A DNA stretch of 64,000 bases from Felis catus (Eukaryota), in contig NC_058368.1 in assembly GCF_018350175.1 (NCBI RefSeq), positions 112,842,001-112,906,000 on the forward strand, given 5' to 3'. The notes below the pieces were generated by a model. It was not told the origin of the DNA and ran no database searches. It saw only the letters and a program-made list of their open reading frames with translations. A program made the position numbers and the translations under genes. Positions 51,260 through 63,250 of the stretch are shown in pieces (positions within the stretch are counted from its first letter, which is position 1; the number at the start of each line of letters is the position of its first letter).

Positions 51260-51448
51260 CACTGGGCCCTTCCTAAGGCCAGACCCTATACCAAGCATTT
51301 CACACATGAATAGCCCCCTTAAAATTCCCATCCACCTTTGGAGATGGTGTTATCAATATCCCTATCTTTTAAAGATAGGAAGAATTGTTAAGTAACTTGC
51401 TTAAACTCCCACAGCTAGTAAGTGACAGATTTGAAACTGGGATTGTCT
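51260..51448 (-). mobile_element. MIR interrupted by a SINE
   Basis: gttaagtaacttgc..acagctagtaagtgacagatttgaa. Confidence 0.65.
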
Positions 51449-51657
51449 GGGGGCACCTGGGTGGCTCAGTCAGTTAAACTCTGACTCTTGGCTTCGGCTC
51501 AGGTCATGACCTCACGGTTTGTGAGTTTGAGCCCTGCATCGGGTTCTGTGCTGACAGCACAGAATCTGCTTCGGATTCTCTCTCTCCCTTTCTCTGCCCC
51601 TCTGCTGTTTGTTCTCACTTTCTCAAAAATAAACAAATGAAAATTAAAAAACAAAAC
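51449..51657 (+). mobile_element. CanSINE
   Basis: Flanks aaactgggattgtct / aaactgggaatatct. Confidence 0.93.
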
Positions 51658-51764
51658 AAAACTGGGAATATCTGATTTCAAAGCTTGAGATTTTGCTGAC
51701 AAAATTATCCTGCTCCAGTAGGAGATAAATCCCAGGAGTTTCAGGTTTTAGATGCTACATAAAC

Positions 51765-52205
51765 TATCTTAGGCTGGTTTCCCAGAAAGGGACTCTGAGA
51801 CTTGGAGATTTGCATGCAGGAGGATTACTGGGGAGAGCTCTTGGGCATAGTCCCTTTGGGTGCAGGACAGAGGCACAGCAGGAAAATGGGAAGAGGGAGA
51901 GGTTAAACAGCAAAGCAGTGTGACAAAGGCCTCAGTTGATGCCGCAGTGAATTCTGGAGCCAGGGTGCTGGCAGAGGGGGTTGCTTCAGAGTGTCCTGAG
52001 CTGGGGTGAGAAGGCCAGAGCTGTGTAATCCTGTTACTCAACATAGACCTGCCCACATAGCAGCTTGACCTTAAGTGAGGTAGCTCCATTTGGCCAAAGG
52101 CGATTCTCAGGGAGACTCAGCTGTGAGATGAACAGGAGACAGGAGATACTCCTGAAAACTGGGGGAATGAGTGGGAGTCTGGGCAGCACTCTACACCTCC
52201 ACTAA
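51765..52205 (-). mobile_element. ERVL solo LTR remnant (LTR33/LTR16-like)
   Basis: tcttaggctggtttcccagaa..ctctgagac..gagatttgcatgcaggagg..ggcagcactctacacctccacta. Confidence 0.55.
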
Positions 52206-52970
52206 CTACTCAAAAACAGCTGGCTGTTCAGGGGACTGACCTGATGAATCTAGCACAGGCCCAAATTCTTGCCTGTCTCTAGTCCCTTTGGGGAAAAATA
52301 TAGTTTTCCAGGAAGTTTTGCCACTTTTTTTGGGACTAGTCTAGAAAGGTCATTGTCTCAGGTCTGTTCAGTCTGTTCAGGGAAGGGGAGAAAGAATTGA
52401 GGCTGTGGCCAAAGGGAACCCAACAGGTCATTGTGCATTAGCTGGTGATGTCATAAAAGGCCTTGTAGAAGACAATTTTGGTGCTCTGTGCCAGTACCCC
52501 TCTTTTACTTCAGGAATCACCCTACCCCTGTTCTGAGTCTATGTGGTTCCATGAGGCTAATCCTCTCCTCAGCCCTAGGAATGGGTACAGGACCAGATAC
52601 TTCCAGCTTCCAATGATTGGTGAAAGGATAGACAGGTGACTTCTCCAAGCCAATGAGATTCAGGCCTGGGATTTTGGTTAGAATTTTGGGGAAAGAGATT
52701 CTCTGTCTACCAGAGTTACTCCAGCCTGGTCTTTGCCTCTACTTGGAGAGAACTCACTTGGAGAAAAATAGAGGAAAAAAGACACGCAGAGGTAGAGAAA
52801 GACAGAAGCAAAGAGACACAGAGATGGAGGGGGACTGATTTCGGTAGCATGGTTTCAGTACTTGAATTCAAACAAGCCTGAGGTTACACCTTCCTTATCA
52901 CAATTCTTCAGACTTTTCATTTACCTGAGCAAATAATTTCCTTTCTCTCCCTCTTGAGAGTGTTTTACTT

Positions 52971-53197
52971 GGGGGCGCCAGAGTGGCTCAGTCGGTTAAG
53001 TGTCTGACTTAGGCTCAGGTCACGGTCTCATGGTTCATGAGTTTGAGCCCCACATCAGGCCTGATGCTGTTAACTCAGAGCCTGAAGCCTGCTTCAGATT
53101 GTGTTTCCCTCTCGCTCTACTCCTCACTTGTGCTCTGTCTCTCTCTCTTTCTCTGTCTCTCAAAAAATGAATAAACATTTAAAAATTTAAAAAAAAA
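52971..53197 (+). mobile_element. CanSINE inserted in a MaLR-like remnant (about 52480-53250)
   Basis: TSD tgttttacttgg on both sides. Confidence 0.94.
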
Positions 53198-55133
53198 ATG
53201 TTTTACTTGGGTTAAGGACTTTGCTCATGACAGAGTTCTTAGGACAACAAAGATAACTGAAGAGCTTAGAGCACAGCAAACAGGACCTGTTGGCCACCAG
53301 CAGCAGTTGAGAGGGGTTTAAGTATTCCTGACCAACATGGAACTCTATACTGAGGACCAGAGAGGGAACAGGGCTAACCCAGGGTCACACAGATACTGGA
53401 TAATCCAGACAGAGGACATGCCTCTCCAAATGCAGAGAAGGGGCTAAATGTATACTGGCCTTCTCAAAAAAAAAAAACATTTATCCAATAAATAACATGG
53501 GTATTGATCGCTGGTGGGGTGAGATGGACTCTGTGATGTGCTGTGAAAAATACAAAGTTGAATTAGTCATGAACTCTGGCCTCAGGGGACTGCTGTCAAA
53601 GTTTTTTCTTCAACTTGATATACTCGAGGTAGAATTGATAAAATTCAGTGATGTAAAAGAGGGAAGGAAAGGGATGACTGAATTAAGAATGACTTTAGCC
53701 CAAATGATTGATTGAGGTGAGGAAAAGAGAATCTGATGACCTAAATTTTAGCTAACTGCGGTTCAATCCTTGTGGTAGACCTATGGATTATGCACTTTTC
53801 TTTTTCCTTCCTCCTCTCCGTTTGCCCCTCACCGTTCCTCCCTCCCATCTCCTTTCCTTCTCCCCTCCCTCCCTCCCTCTTCCTTTCTTCCTTACTTCCT
53901 TTTTTCCTTCCTCCTTCCATTCATTCTTTTTCTTTGTTTCTTTGTTTCTTTTCTTCCTTTCAGACTAAAGTAAATATTCATGAAATTAGAGGGGCCAGGA
54001 TTATGAGTGCAACATGTGGCAATGGAATGACGGTGTCATAAAACCACCACTGGGTTATATCCCGGGAAGAAAATAGTATGTATGTGCCCTGATGCAAAAT
54101 TATTTATGTTTGCTTTCCCACCACTTGCTGTTCTAAGTGGGAGATATACTTAATGTGTCAAAGATTATTTTCCTTAATATATGCCTCCCTATCTGCCAGA
54201 TTCTCTTCCATTTCCTCTCCATTTTCTCTGCTGTGTCTTATTACATGCCAAAACTTGATAAGAAATTAAAATAAAATGTACAAGTTGTATCTAAATAAAC
54301 TTAAATGTTGTGTTCATTTTTTCTCATTTCCTAAATTGTCCAATTTTATCAGACAATGACCTCAATCTGGCCTAGAATAATAAAGGCAATTATCAGCTAC
54401 TCTACTGCATGAATAAGCCCTAGTTTTACTTTGCCAAGCATCCCATTTAAGTATTTGCTGGATTCTTCCATTTTCTTTCTTTATGTCAGAATCAAGCAAG
54501 CCAAGTTAGCCCCACTGCTGACTGGAAGATAAGAGTCAAACAAGGAAAACAGACTCGTAGACAATGAATTTTCCCTAAACTAGAACAACCCATTCTGATC
54601 AGAGAAGATGAGCATCACTTAACATTTGACAAACCACTTGCCACGGAATGTATCACCATGGCAACCCAGGGTTGCAGAGCACAAAACTTCTGAAGCAGCC
54701 CCATTTCGTGGTCATTGGTCACATCCTGTGCCATATGACACTTATTGAATGCCTACTGTGTGCACAGCATGTGGTGAACCTCCTCGTGACTGAGAAGAAT
54801 CTGGACAAAAACCAACCACCCTTTCCAATTCAAAATATAATTCGGGAATAAGATAGAGAAGAAATAGAGTTCCATTCCAATGTCCAGAGACTATACGGGA
54901 ATCCACCTGGAATGAAGCAACACACATCAGGCTTAATCCTAGTGCTCCTGGCGGGCCTGCTTGGGCTTACTCTGTAGGAGTGAACACGGATGCAGATACA
55001 TGTCCAGCTGATGACACAGCCGGAGACAACACCGTAGAGAAAACCAAGTGAAAAGCATCCTTCCAAGTCAGAGCTATTCACAGATAGACCTCAACTAATC
55101 TGTCATTTGACTATGGAATTGGAAAGGATCTTT

Positions 55134-55357
55134 ATTTTTTAAAAATTTTTTTCAACGTTTTTATTTATTTTTGGGACAGAGAGAGACAGAGCATGAACGG
55201 GGGAGGGGCAGAGAGAGAGGGAGACACAGAATCGGAAACAGGCTCCAGGCTCCCAGCCATCACCCCAGAGCCTGACGCGGGGCTCGAACTCACGGACTGC
55301 GAGATCGTAACCTGGCTGAAGTCGGACGCTTAACCGACTGCGCCACCCAGGCGCCCC
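55134..55357 (-). mobile_element. Young felid CanSINE
   Basis: TSD tggaaaggatcttt at 55120-55133 and 55358-55371. Confidence 0.97.
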
Positions 55358-55539
55358 TGGAAAGGATCTTTAAATTGGACTGATTTCCAGGAACCTACAA
55401 AAGCTGGAAGAGAACAGGATTTATACTTGGTAAATAATAACCCTAAATTCAGAGAAATATAGAAAACTTACTGGTCATCAGAAACCCCCAACAGGAGTTC
55501 TAGCCCTGTGAGAGCCTTGCCAAATACAGATATTCAAAG

Positions 55540-55745
55540 TTTATTGAGGATTCACTATCAGCCTGGCACTCTCCAAAAACTTTATACAAGTTATCTCAGC
55601 CCATTCAAACTCTATGATATAATTTGAAATTAATCCCATTCTACAGAAGGGAAAACTGAGGCACAGCAAGGTTAATTAACGGACCAGGGCCATAGCTATG
55701 AGATGGTAGAACCAAAGAGTTAAGACTCCAGAGTTTATTTTCCTG
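55540..55745 (-). mobile_element. MIR
   Basis: cccattctacagaagggaaaactgaggcacag core. Confidence 0.75.
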
Positions 55746-55974
55746 TCAGCTCCACTTTGCTGCTTTAATCCCCAGCTTCTTTACCTGGTTAGGAAAACTG
55801 GAAAACTTTGTTTATGGACTGTATGGCCCACACAGAAACACCTTCCCTGGGATACCCTTTAATAATGTTCCCTCTGCTTTGCCAGACTATAAATGAAAGA
55901 ACAACCTAGGTGGACCATGGCCTTGTATCATTTGTGGAAATGTGGTAAAAGGTATTTGTTCCTTGCTATTCACA

Positions 55975-56185
55975 AATGTTTAATGTTTATTTAATTTTGA
56001 GAGAAAGAGAGAGAGAGAACATGGGGGGGGGAGGGGCAGAGAGAGAGGGAGACACAGAACCGAAGCAGGCTCTAGGCTCTGAGCTGTCAGCACGGAGCCC
56101 AACGCAGGACTCAAACCCACGAACTGTGAGATTATGACCTGAGCCGAAGTCGGACACTCAACCAACTGAGCCACCCAGGCACCCC
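55975..56185 (-). mobile_element. CanSINE
   Basis: aatgtttatttaattttgagag..gccacccaggcacccc. Confidence 0.94.
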
Positions 56186-56289
56186 CATCTACTAATTAAT
56201 CTAGTATAGGGATTGAGCAGGTCTTTTCTAAATAGTTTCACAAGTTAATTTGCAGGCAGTATGCTGTTGTAGTAAAGGTCACGGTCCCA

Positions 56290-56470
56290 GGAGTCGTTCT
56301 GCCTCTGGTAAGTACCAGCTCTAGCTGTTACTGCTAATCTACCTGGCCATCCATTTTTTATCTGTAAAATAGAGATAATCAGAGTTCCCATTTCACATGT
56401 TGTGAAAAGTAAAATAAAGTACTTAGAAGTGTGCTGGGCATAGGAGAAGCCCTCAGTAATCATCAGCTTG
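56290..56470 (+). mobile_element. MIR
   Basis: ttttttatctgtaaaatagagataat..gtgctgggcatagg. Confidence 0.6.
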
Positions 56471-56504
56471 TAGGATTATTGCTCAGCTTGCTGTTTTCAG
56501 AAAG

Positions 56505-56850
56505 TAAATGCAGTTCCAAAATCTCTTACCTAGACCTCTTACAGTCAGGCGTGCTGTGGAATTCAGAATTTGGGAGATTTTAGAAAGGTGCCCGCGTATC
56601 TATACTGGGCAAGCGCTGTGATGTACTTTCTTCGTGGGTCTGGGACAGCACACCGTAATGCAATGCAGGAGTATTTCTGTAGCAAAGTGCATGTCTTTTT
56701 ATTCTTGGGGGATGGGTGGAGGTGATATGAGGCCTCATGTCAGTTTTGCGGCCATGTGAGCTTGCCTGACACTCCAAATAAGTAAGTAAACAGGCTCATT
56801 TTCAGAGCTTGTCGCATTGTAGAATTGTGGAGGAGAGCTGTAGACCTTAA
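56505..56850. mobile_element. TcMar-Tigger fossil (MER46C-like)
   Basis: gattttagaaaggt..gggtctgggacagcacaccgtaat..ttttcagagctt..gaattgtgga..tgtagacct. Confidence 0.65.
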
Positions 56851-57484
56851 TACAGGACCAGAGTTTCACCAGGCAGCCAGTCCTCTCCGGGTCTCAGCCG
56901 CCTCCCCGCTACGAGGGATCTGTCTTCAGTGCTTCCAGGGCTCTTTATCTCTGAAGGCCCGCCTGCAGAAAGGACCCCTTTCTGTCATCTCCTGTTGATT
57001 CTGTAGGCCTGACCGGTTGCCTTCTTCCCCACCAGAGTGGCACCCCATTCAGCTGCCTGGAATCTCACCTGTCAGGCAGCCAGCTGCTCTGACATGTTGC
57101 TGGGGTTTTCCACTCTCTCTGTTTCCCCAGTGTCTGCGCTGCTTGGCAGGGGCCGCCATTACGGCCCTCCTGGTTGCTCATCCCACCTTGGCCATCTCCC
57201 ATATGCTGCTGGGTCCGCCTCCCTCCAGTGCCTTTCGCATCATGCCGTTGCATTCAGCAGAGTCCTAGCTTGCCAGCCAGCACCTAAATGTCCTCTGAAC
57301 CTCCTCTCAGCTCCCCCTTTCAGCCTCACCTACCCTTGTTCTACCACACCCGAGGACCCCCTGTTTTGTCACACACCCATGCAGCTGTCTCTCTGCTTTG
57401 GTGTCCCCACTAGATTTCCCCTCTCCATCTCCATCTTTTGAAATATCACCTTCTGTGGATGAGGCCAGTTGCTGCTGCTTTCTT

Positions 57485-57663
57485 TTTTAAAAATTTTTTC
57501 CCTCCTGTTTATTTGTTTATTTATTTTGAGAGAGAGAGAGAGAACACGAGCCAGGGAAGCGTAGCAGAGCCTGACACGGGACTTGATCCCACAACGCTGG
57601 GATCATGACATGAGCGGAAATCAAGAGTCAGACACTCAACCCACTGAGCCACCCAGGCACCTC
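57485..57663 (-). mobile_element. Older CanSINE
   Basis: Flanks gctgctgctttctt. Confidence 0.9.
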
Positions 57664-57789
57664 GCTGCTGCTTTCTTGAAGACTGCTTTGATTGTTCCCA
57701 CAGAAAGTATTCCTCTCCTCACCTGCTGTCCATCCTTGGTTGCTTCCCTCATACTCCAGCTCCTCCCTTCATGGTGTCTATTTGTGAGG

Positions 57790-58020
57790 AGGTTGCATAA
57801 CATCACGGTCATGAGTGCAGACCCGCATCCAAATCCTGCCTCTCGAATTTGCAAACGCGGCTTCGTTATAAGCTTGGGGCCCTCATCTGTCAAACAGGGA
57901 ACTCAAATTCCTTCCCTCATCTGGTTGTTTTTAGCACCTCACTGGTTTGCTTTATATAAAAGAAACCATTTAGCATAGTGCCTTGGGGACAGTGAGCGCT
58001 CGACAAATGTTTGATACTAT
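57790..58020 (+). mobile_element. MIR
   Basis: caaatcctgcctct..cctcatctgtcaaacaggga..ttagcatagtgcc..gcgctcgacaaatg. Confidence 0.65.
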
Positions 58021-60131
58021 TTTCACTGTTTTCATTATCTTACGCACTATACCATGAGCTCCCCAGTGGAAGAAATGTGGGTGGCTCGTTGTTCAAATCC
58101 CCCGCACAGTGTTTTTCACACTTTCCCACACCACGGATGCAGTCAACGTTTGTCAAGTGGAATTCTTAAACCTTTGTATTCTGATATTTAAGTTTGCCAA
58201 CCGCACTTTTTGGAGTGAAGGTCTCTGAACCTCGAAAGAATGAAAAGGTATAGCCAAAGTAAGAAGATCGGGCTCACATATATAGTTGTGTTTTTTGTTT
58301 TTTGTTTTTTTTTTTTTAATACACAAGAGTCAGAAGGGAATAGATCCATTTCTTTGAATAGTTCAGCCTAAATAAAATCTGGAAAAGTCCCTCTCCATCT
58401 ACTGAGGAGATCTCCATACTACTGAGTATGATCTCCACACTACTACTGAGGAATAGTAGAATGAGAAGCCCTTGAGCCTTCTCATTCATTCAGAAGGAAT
58501 GAATGAGAAATAAATCAGTCTGAGGAATGAGAGAAGGGCCGCCCGGCAGAGGCGGTAGGAAGCTTCATTCATTAAGGTCTGCGAAGCCCCCAGGACTAGG
58601 TCAATAACGGGGTTCGCTTTGAGCCCTGTGAAACCTTGTGCACAATCGCACTGTGTAATCCCGCCGACCCTTTGGCCTTCTGACAGGTCTGCTGTCAATC
58701 CAGCCGGTGTTTCAGGTATTTCCCTTCATCCCGAAGCTGCTCCCCCAGGTTCAAGGGAGCCAAGGCAGCCGAGGAGATAAAAGCCTTCCCTTTCAGTCGA
58801 ATCGGATGCGTGACTGACCTCTGCCATAGCCCTGTAGTATCTGATCACATTACCCCCGACAGTGCCTGGGGGCGAGGCAGCTGGGGAGATGAGACAGAGG
58901 TGTAGCAGGGACCAGAACGGGAAAATGGCATTTAATCTGAGTTATCAGATTCAAAGGGAAATGCGCCCATCCCAAGTACAGGGCTTTCAGGCGTGCGGCC
59001 CGGCTGTATTGTGAACCCAGTGGTAGATGGAGCAGAGAGTGTGTGTCTTCCTTCACGTCCAGTCTTGCAGATCGGTGGACCCTGCCAGGACCCCCTCCGG
59101 CTTCTAAGCTCGCAATAGCGGGGGCCCCAAAATGCCATCCTCAGTGTGGATGGCTTTTGCCGGGTGTTCTGTCCACTCATAATCTGTTCCTGACAGCACG
59201 GCAGTTTCTTCTGGGGAATTACTGCATTCCACAGTGGGCAGTCATGATGTGGTGTTAAACCCAGGGCCCGCGTTCTCCCATTTTGCAGCTGGACGTTCCA
59301 AGCCGAGCCCTTGAGCCTTCACTCTGATATTGCAGGCCTCCCCATGGTCTTCCAGGAAATTCTCTATCAGCTGAAGTTTGCCAGAGTCGGTTTCCGCAGC
59401 CTTTAATCAAAGAAACAAGACTTTTCACCTTGGCCTTTCTACACACGCTACTTTCATTCCTTCTAGTCCTCCTTCCCCAGAAAGCTTCTAGGCCTAAGGG
59501 AGCACTCCCAGAAGCAGAAAGAAACAACCCCTCCTCCCCCCATGAGCAAGTATCCTGGGAAGCCGGCTGTGGAAGCAAGCCTGGGCCTGCCGGAGGTCTC
59601 TGAAGCAGCTCAGGCTGGCTGGCCCCTCGTGGGAATGTGCAGGCTGAGCCGGCAGGCTCACGGAAGGCTCGCCAAGCTAAGCCTCCCGCCTGAGTTTATG
59701 CTGTTAGGTTGAAAGTCTTTTCTAACATTTACTGATACGTTTTCAATTTCCGCGTCAGGCTATAATGCAGTTGTGCCCTCACCACCCACTTCTTGGCGCA
59801 CAGGGACATTTTGATTTTGTATTCATTCCTGTGCCGAGTGACTAGGTGCTTTCTAGCATTCTCCCCCTCTCCGTGTCCTCAGTTTTGCAGGGTTACCTCT
59901 CATTTCTGACCATTAAATGTGTGTCTGCACGCTAGATGCGTCTTCCAATCTTCCGCTGGCTTAGAACCCAGAAAATCAAGTCCGTTAAAACCAGTGTAAA
60001 ACAAGAGGGAGGAGGGCCTTCGCTGTGAGTAGAATGACGAGTCTCAGGGAGAAGGAGTGCCAGACTCAAAATGATGACACGGGTACATTATTTATTTACC
60101 TCCTGCATGCTTGTGCTTTCTGTATGTTTCT

Positions 60132-60268
60132 TTTTCTGTTTTTAATTTAAATTCAAGTTAGTTAACATCCAGCGTGTAGTCTTGGCTTCAGGAGTAGAAC
60201 CCAGTGATTCATCTCTTACAGATGACACCCAGTGCTCATCCCAAAAAGCGCCCTCCTGCATGCCCATC
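60132..60268 (-). mobile_element. Short older carnivore L1 3' end
   Basis: tttaaattcaagttagttaaca..caggagtagaacccagtgattca..cacccagtgctcatc; flanks ctgtatgtttc / ctgtagtgtttc. Confidence 0.85.
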
Positions 60269-60589
60269 TGTAGTGTTTCATCTTAGATGCCAAGGGATCA
60301 GAGGGCAGGGTTCTTAGGAAATCCACTACGCTTTGCCACAGAGTATTATCACTGGTGCTGCTCTTGAAGCTTTGCGTCTTTATGGTATGGAGCCCTCTTA
60401 CTCCTGGTCTCTTTGTTCATTCCCAGCTCTGTGAGAGAGCCAGGGCCGTCACCCTCATGTAGGAGAGAGGAGACGGAGAGTAGACATTAAATGGCTATTC
60501 AGAGTCATAAATCTGGTCTTGTCACAGGTGAAGCTTAAAGCCCCAGATTATGACTCCTGCCACCTATTACATTGTGGGCTTTTAAATGT

Positions 60590-61085
60590 ATATAGTAGTT
60601 TATTGATTTTTTTCTGAATATAAAATTAATGCACTTATAAGCAAAAGTCTAAATAGGAAAGTAAAAATTACGTAAGATCCCACCACCCAGAAATGACTAT
60701 TTGTCCTTCTTCCATCACTTGGCTCTATTTTCTTGGTCTTTAATATTACTGGAATTATACGTGTGTGCAGATTTTTATCCTGACTTTTGTTGTTTGTTTT
60801 TCTTAAGCTTAGATCAAAAGAGCATTTTTCCACGCTATTACAATCTTTGAAAATATAACTGTAAGGTGCTGCAGTGACCTTATGTCATATGCATATTCCA
60901 TAAATTATTTAATCAGTGCCCTATTATTTGACATATGAATGATATTTTACCGTAATAAATAACAATAGGGTAAAAACCTTTATATATAAATTGTCCCTTA
61001 CATTTAGGAGTTTTTTCTTAGGACATATTCCTATGGGGCTGCAGAGTCAAAGTCGTTACGATTGCTAAGGCACTTGACATTTCTT
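60590..61085 (-). mobile_element. Ancient L1 (L1ME-like)
   Basis: cccaccacccagaaatgactat..gagcatttttccac..ccataaattatttaatcag. Confidence 0.55.
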
Positions 61086-61479
61086 AAATATTAAATCTCC
61101 CCATTAAATTCAAGCGAAATCAGGCTGTAAGAGAACATCTCGATAGTAAGCAGCAGAGTCCGTTCCAATGGAAATTCTCTTTTAGAAGAGACAGGAACAT
61201 GTTCAATGGATAGTGACTTTGTCTCACCAATTAGACCCTCCATGGAGATTGGTAATAATTTCCTTAATGGGCTTTGCCATCTTCTGCCCTCTGTCCCTGT
61301 TCTAAGGTCACACTGTCAATTCCCAAACGTCACCATCCTGAGGGTATGAAGGGGGTGTGAGAGGACAGGCTGAGGGGTGGAAAGCCAGCGAAGAGGCTGC
61401 TGTACTTACTCAGCGCCTCCTTTCCTTTGCGTCTCCTCCGTCTGCCCAGCACACTCGGAAGAGCCTTTGTTTGGGTACT

Positions 61480-61745
61480 CCAGCTTGCCCTTCAAATATC
61501 GGTTCATTCTGGGAAGTGTGCCCTGTCCTCCCTTCCCACGCAGCCTCACTGTTATCACGGCTGCTTAGTGGTCGTATCTATCACACTTGCAACTCTATGT
61601 TGATTCGAATTGGTTAGTGTCTGCCTCACCGACTCCATTGTGAAGCCCAGTCACAGATGATTTGTGCATGTGATGCATGTTATGTCTTTAGTGCTGGCGT
61701 ATAGAGGTTGGCCAAATATTTGTTGAGTTAATAAATGAATGAAGG
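61480..61745 (+). mobile_element. L2 3'-end fragment
   Basis: tgtctgcctcacc..attgtgaag..aaatatttgttgagttaataaatgaatgaa. Confidence 0.6.
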
Positions 61746-61789
61746 GATAGATGACCGAAGACAGTGCTGTGTAAGTACTGAATGGATGA

Positions 61790-62010
61790 GGTCAGGGGTC
61801 AGGGGAAGGTAGCGGCAGGGAGGTGAGTGTGGCCATAAAAGGTCAGTATGAAGGATCCTTATGGGCATGGAAATGCTCCCTATCTTGACTGTCTCCGTGT
61901 TGCTGTCCTGGTGTGGTAAGCTGTGAGTAGAGTGGGTAAAACGTGCACAGAATCTCCCTGTGTGATTTCTTAGAACTCACGTGACTCTACAGTTACCTCA
62001 AAATGAAATT
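61790..62010 (+). mobile_element. Old L1 (L1MC/MD-like) 3' end
   Basis: gtgtggccataaaagg..ggatcctt..tatcttgactg..gatttcttagaact..acagttacctcaaaatg. Confidence 0.6.
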
Positions 62011-62700
62011 TAACAAACAGAAGTAACGTTCGTTCTGGCCAAGTTGGCTTAAAATCCTGTTTTGTTCACGGAGTTCAAAGGTGAGGCAAACTCCAAACTC
62101 TTTACTGGGGCTGCTGGTGGAATTCTCAACTACGTGATGCACACAAGAACAGTGAAATAGCTCTGCAGATCTGCGCACCCCTCCTCTAAATGCTTGACAG
62201 GAGAAAACCCAGATGTGCAGTTTCTGAGACATAGAGGTGGTATCACGTTTGGATGAAATGTTTAAGAGCCGTATTTTGTGGGGAGTGAAAGGTGGTTCTT
62301 TAGAAGATGTGATACCCTCTGTAGTCATGGTCTGGCTTTGCTGGCATTATAAGGTAGGAGTACAACATTCAGACCTATTTATGAATAACCTGGAGGAAAA
62401 TATCTTCTCATGCTTTTTTTTTTTTTCAGCAGAAACTTCTAAATTGATGATGAAAGGGACTGTTACTAGGCTCTGGTCAGAATGTTGCCTGGGACCCACA
62501 AAAGCAAGGGTATTTTCTGATGGTTTATAGAGCTGAGAGAAAAGAACTTCCAAGATGTCAGTGCAAGCTAGGCTCTGTTCCATAGGGAGGGAAGTAGTTA
62601 TTGCAAAAATCCGTTATTTAGTAAGAAAACTATGTTGAAACAGATAAAATAGGGAGCAAGACATTATCAATGTTACGGTCGTAGGTAGAGATTGTCTTTT

Positions 62701-62954
62701 TTTTAATTTATTTTTTTTTAATTTACATCCAAATTAGTTAGCATATAGTGCAACAATGATTTCTCACTCATATGAGGACTTTAAGAGAGAAAACAGATGA
62801 ACATAAAGGAAGGGAAACAAAAATAATATAAAAACAGGGAGGGGGACAAAACGTAAGAGTCTCTTAAATATGGAGAACAAACAGTGTTACTGGAGGGGTT
62901 GTTGCAGGGGGGATGGGCTAAATGGGTAAGGGGCATTAAGGAATCTACTCCTGA
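62701..62954 (-). mobile_element. Short twin-primed L1, type B
   Basis: Poly(T) plus antisense 3' end to 62763, then sense 62764-62954. Flanks gagattgtctttt / gagattttgtctttt. Confidence 0.9.
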
Positions 62955-63040
62955 GATTTTGTCTTTTGATCTTTCTTTAAAAGCATTATATATTTTTTCT
63001 ATTTATTTTTCTATTATATTTGTTTATTTATTATGATCTT

Positions 63041-63250
63041 CCTTTTTTAGTGTTTATATTTATAATTGAGAGAGAGAGAGAGAGAGAGAGCAGGGGAGGG
63101 GCAGAGAGAGAGGGAGACACAGAATCTTAAGCAGACTCCAGGCTCTGAATTGTCAGCATAGAGCCCAACATGGGGCTCGAACCCATGAAACATGAGATCA
63201 TGACCTGAGCCGAAGTCAGACGCTCAACTGACCAAGCTACCCAGGCGCCC
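63041..63250 (-). mobile_element. CanSINE
   Basis: Flanks tattatgatctt. Confidence 0.94.
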
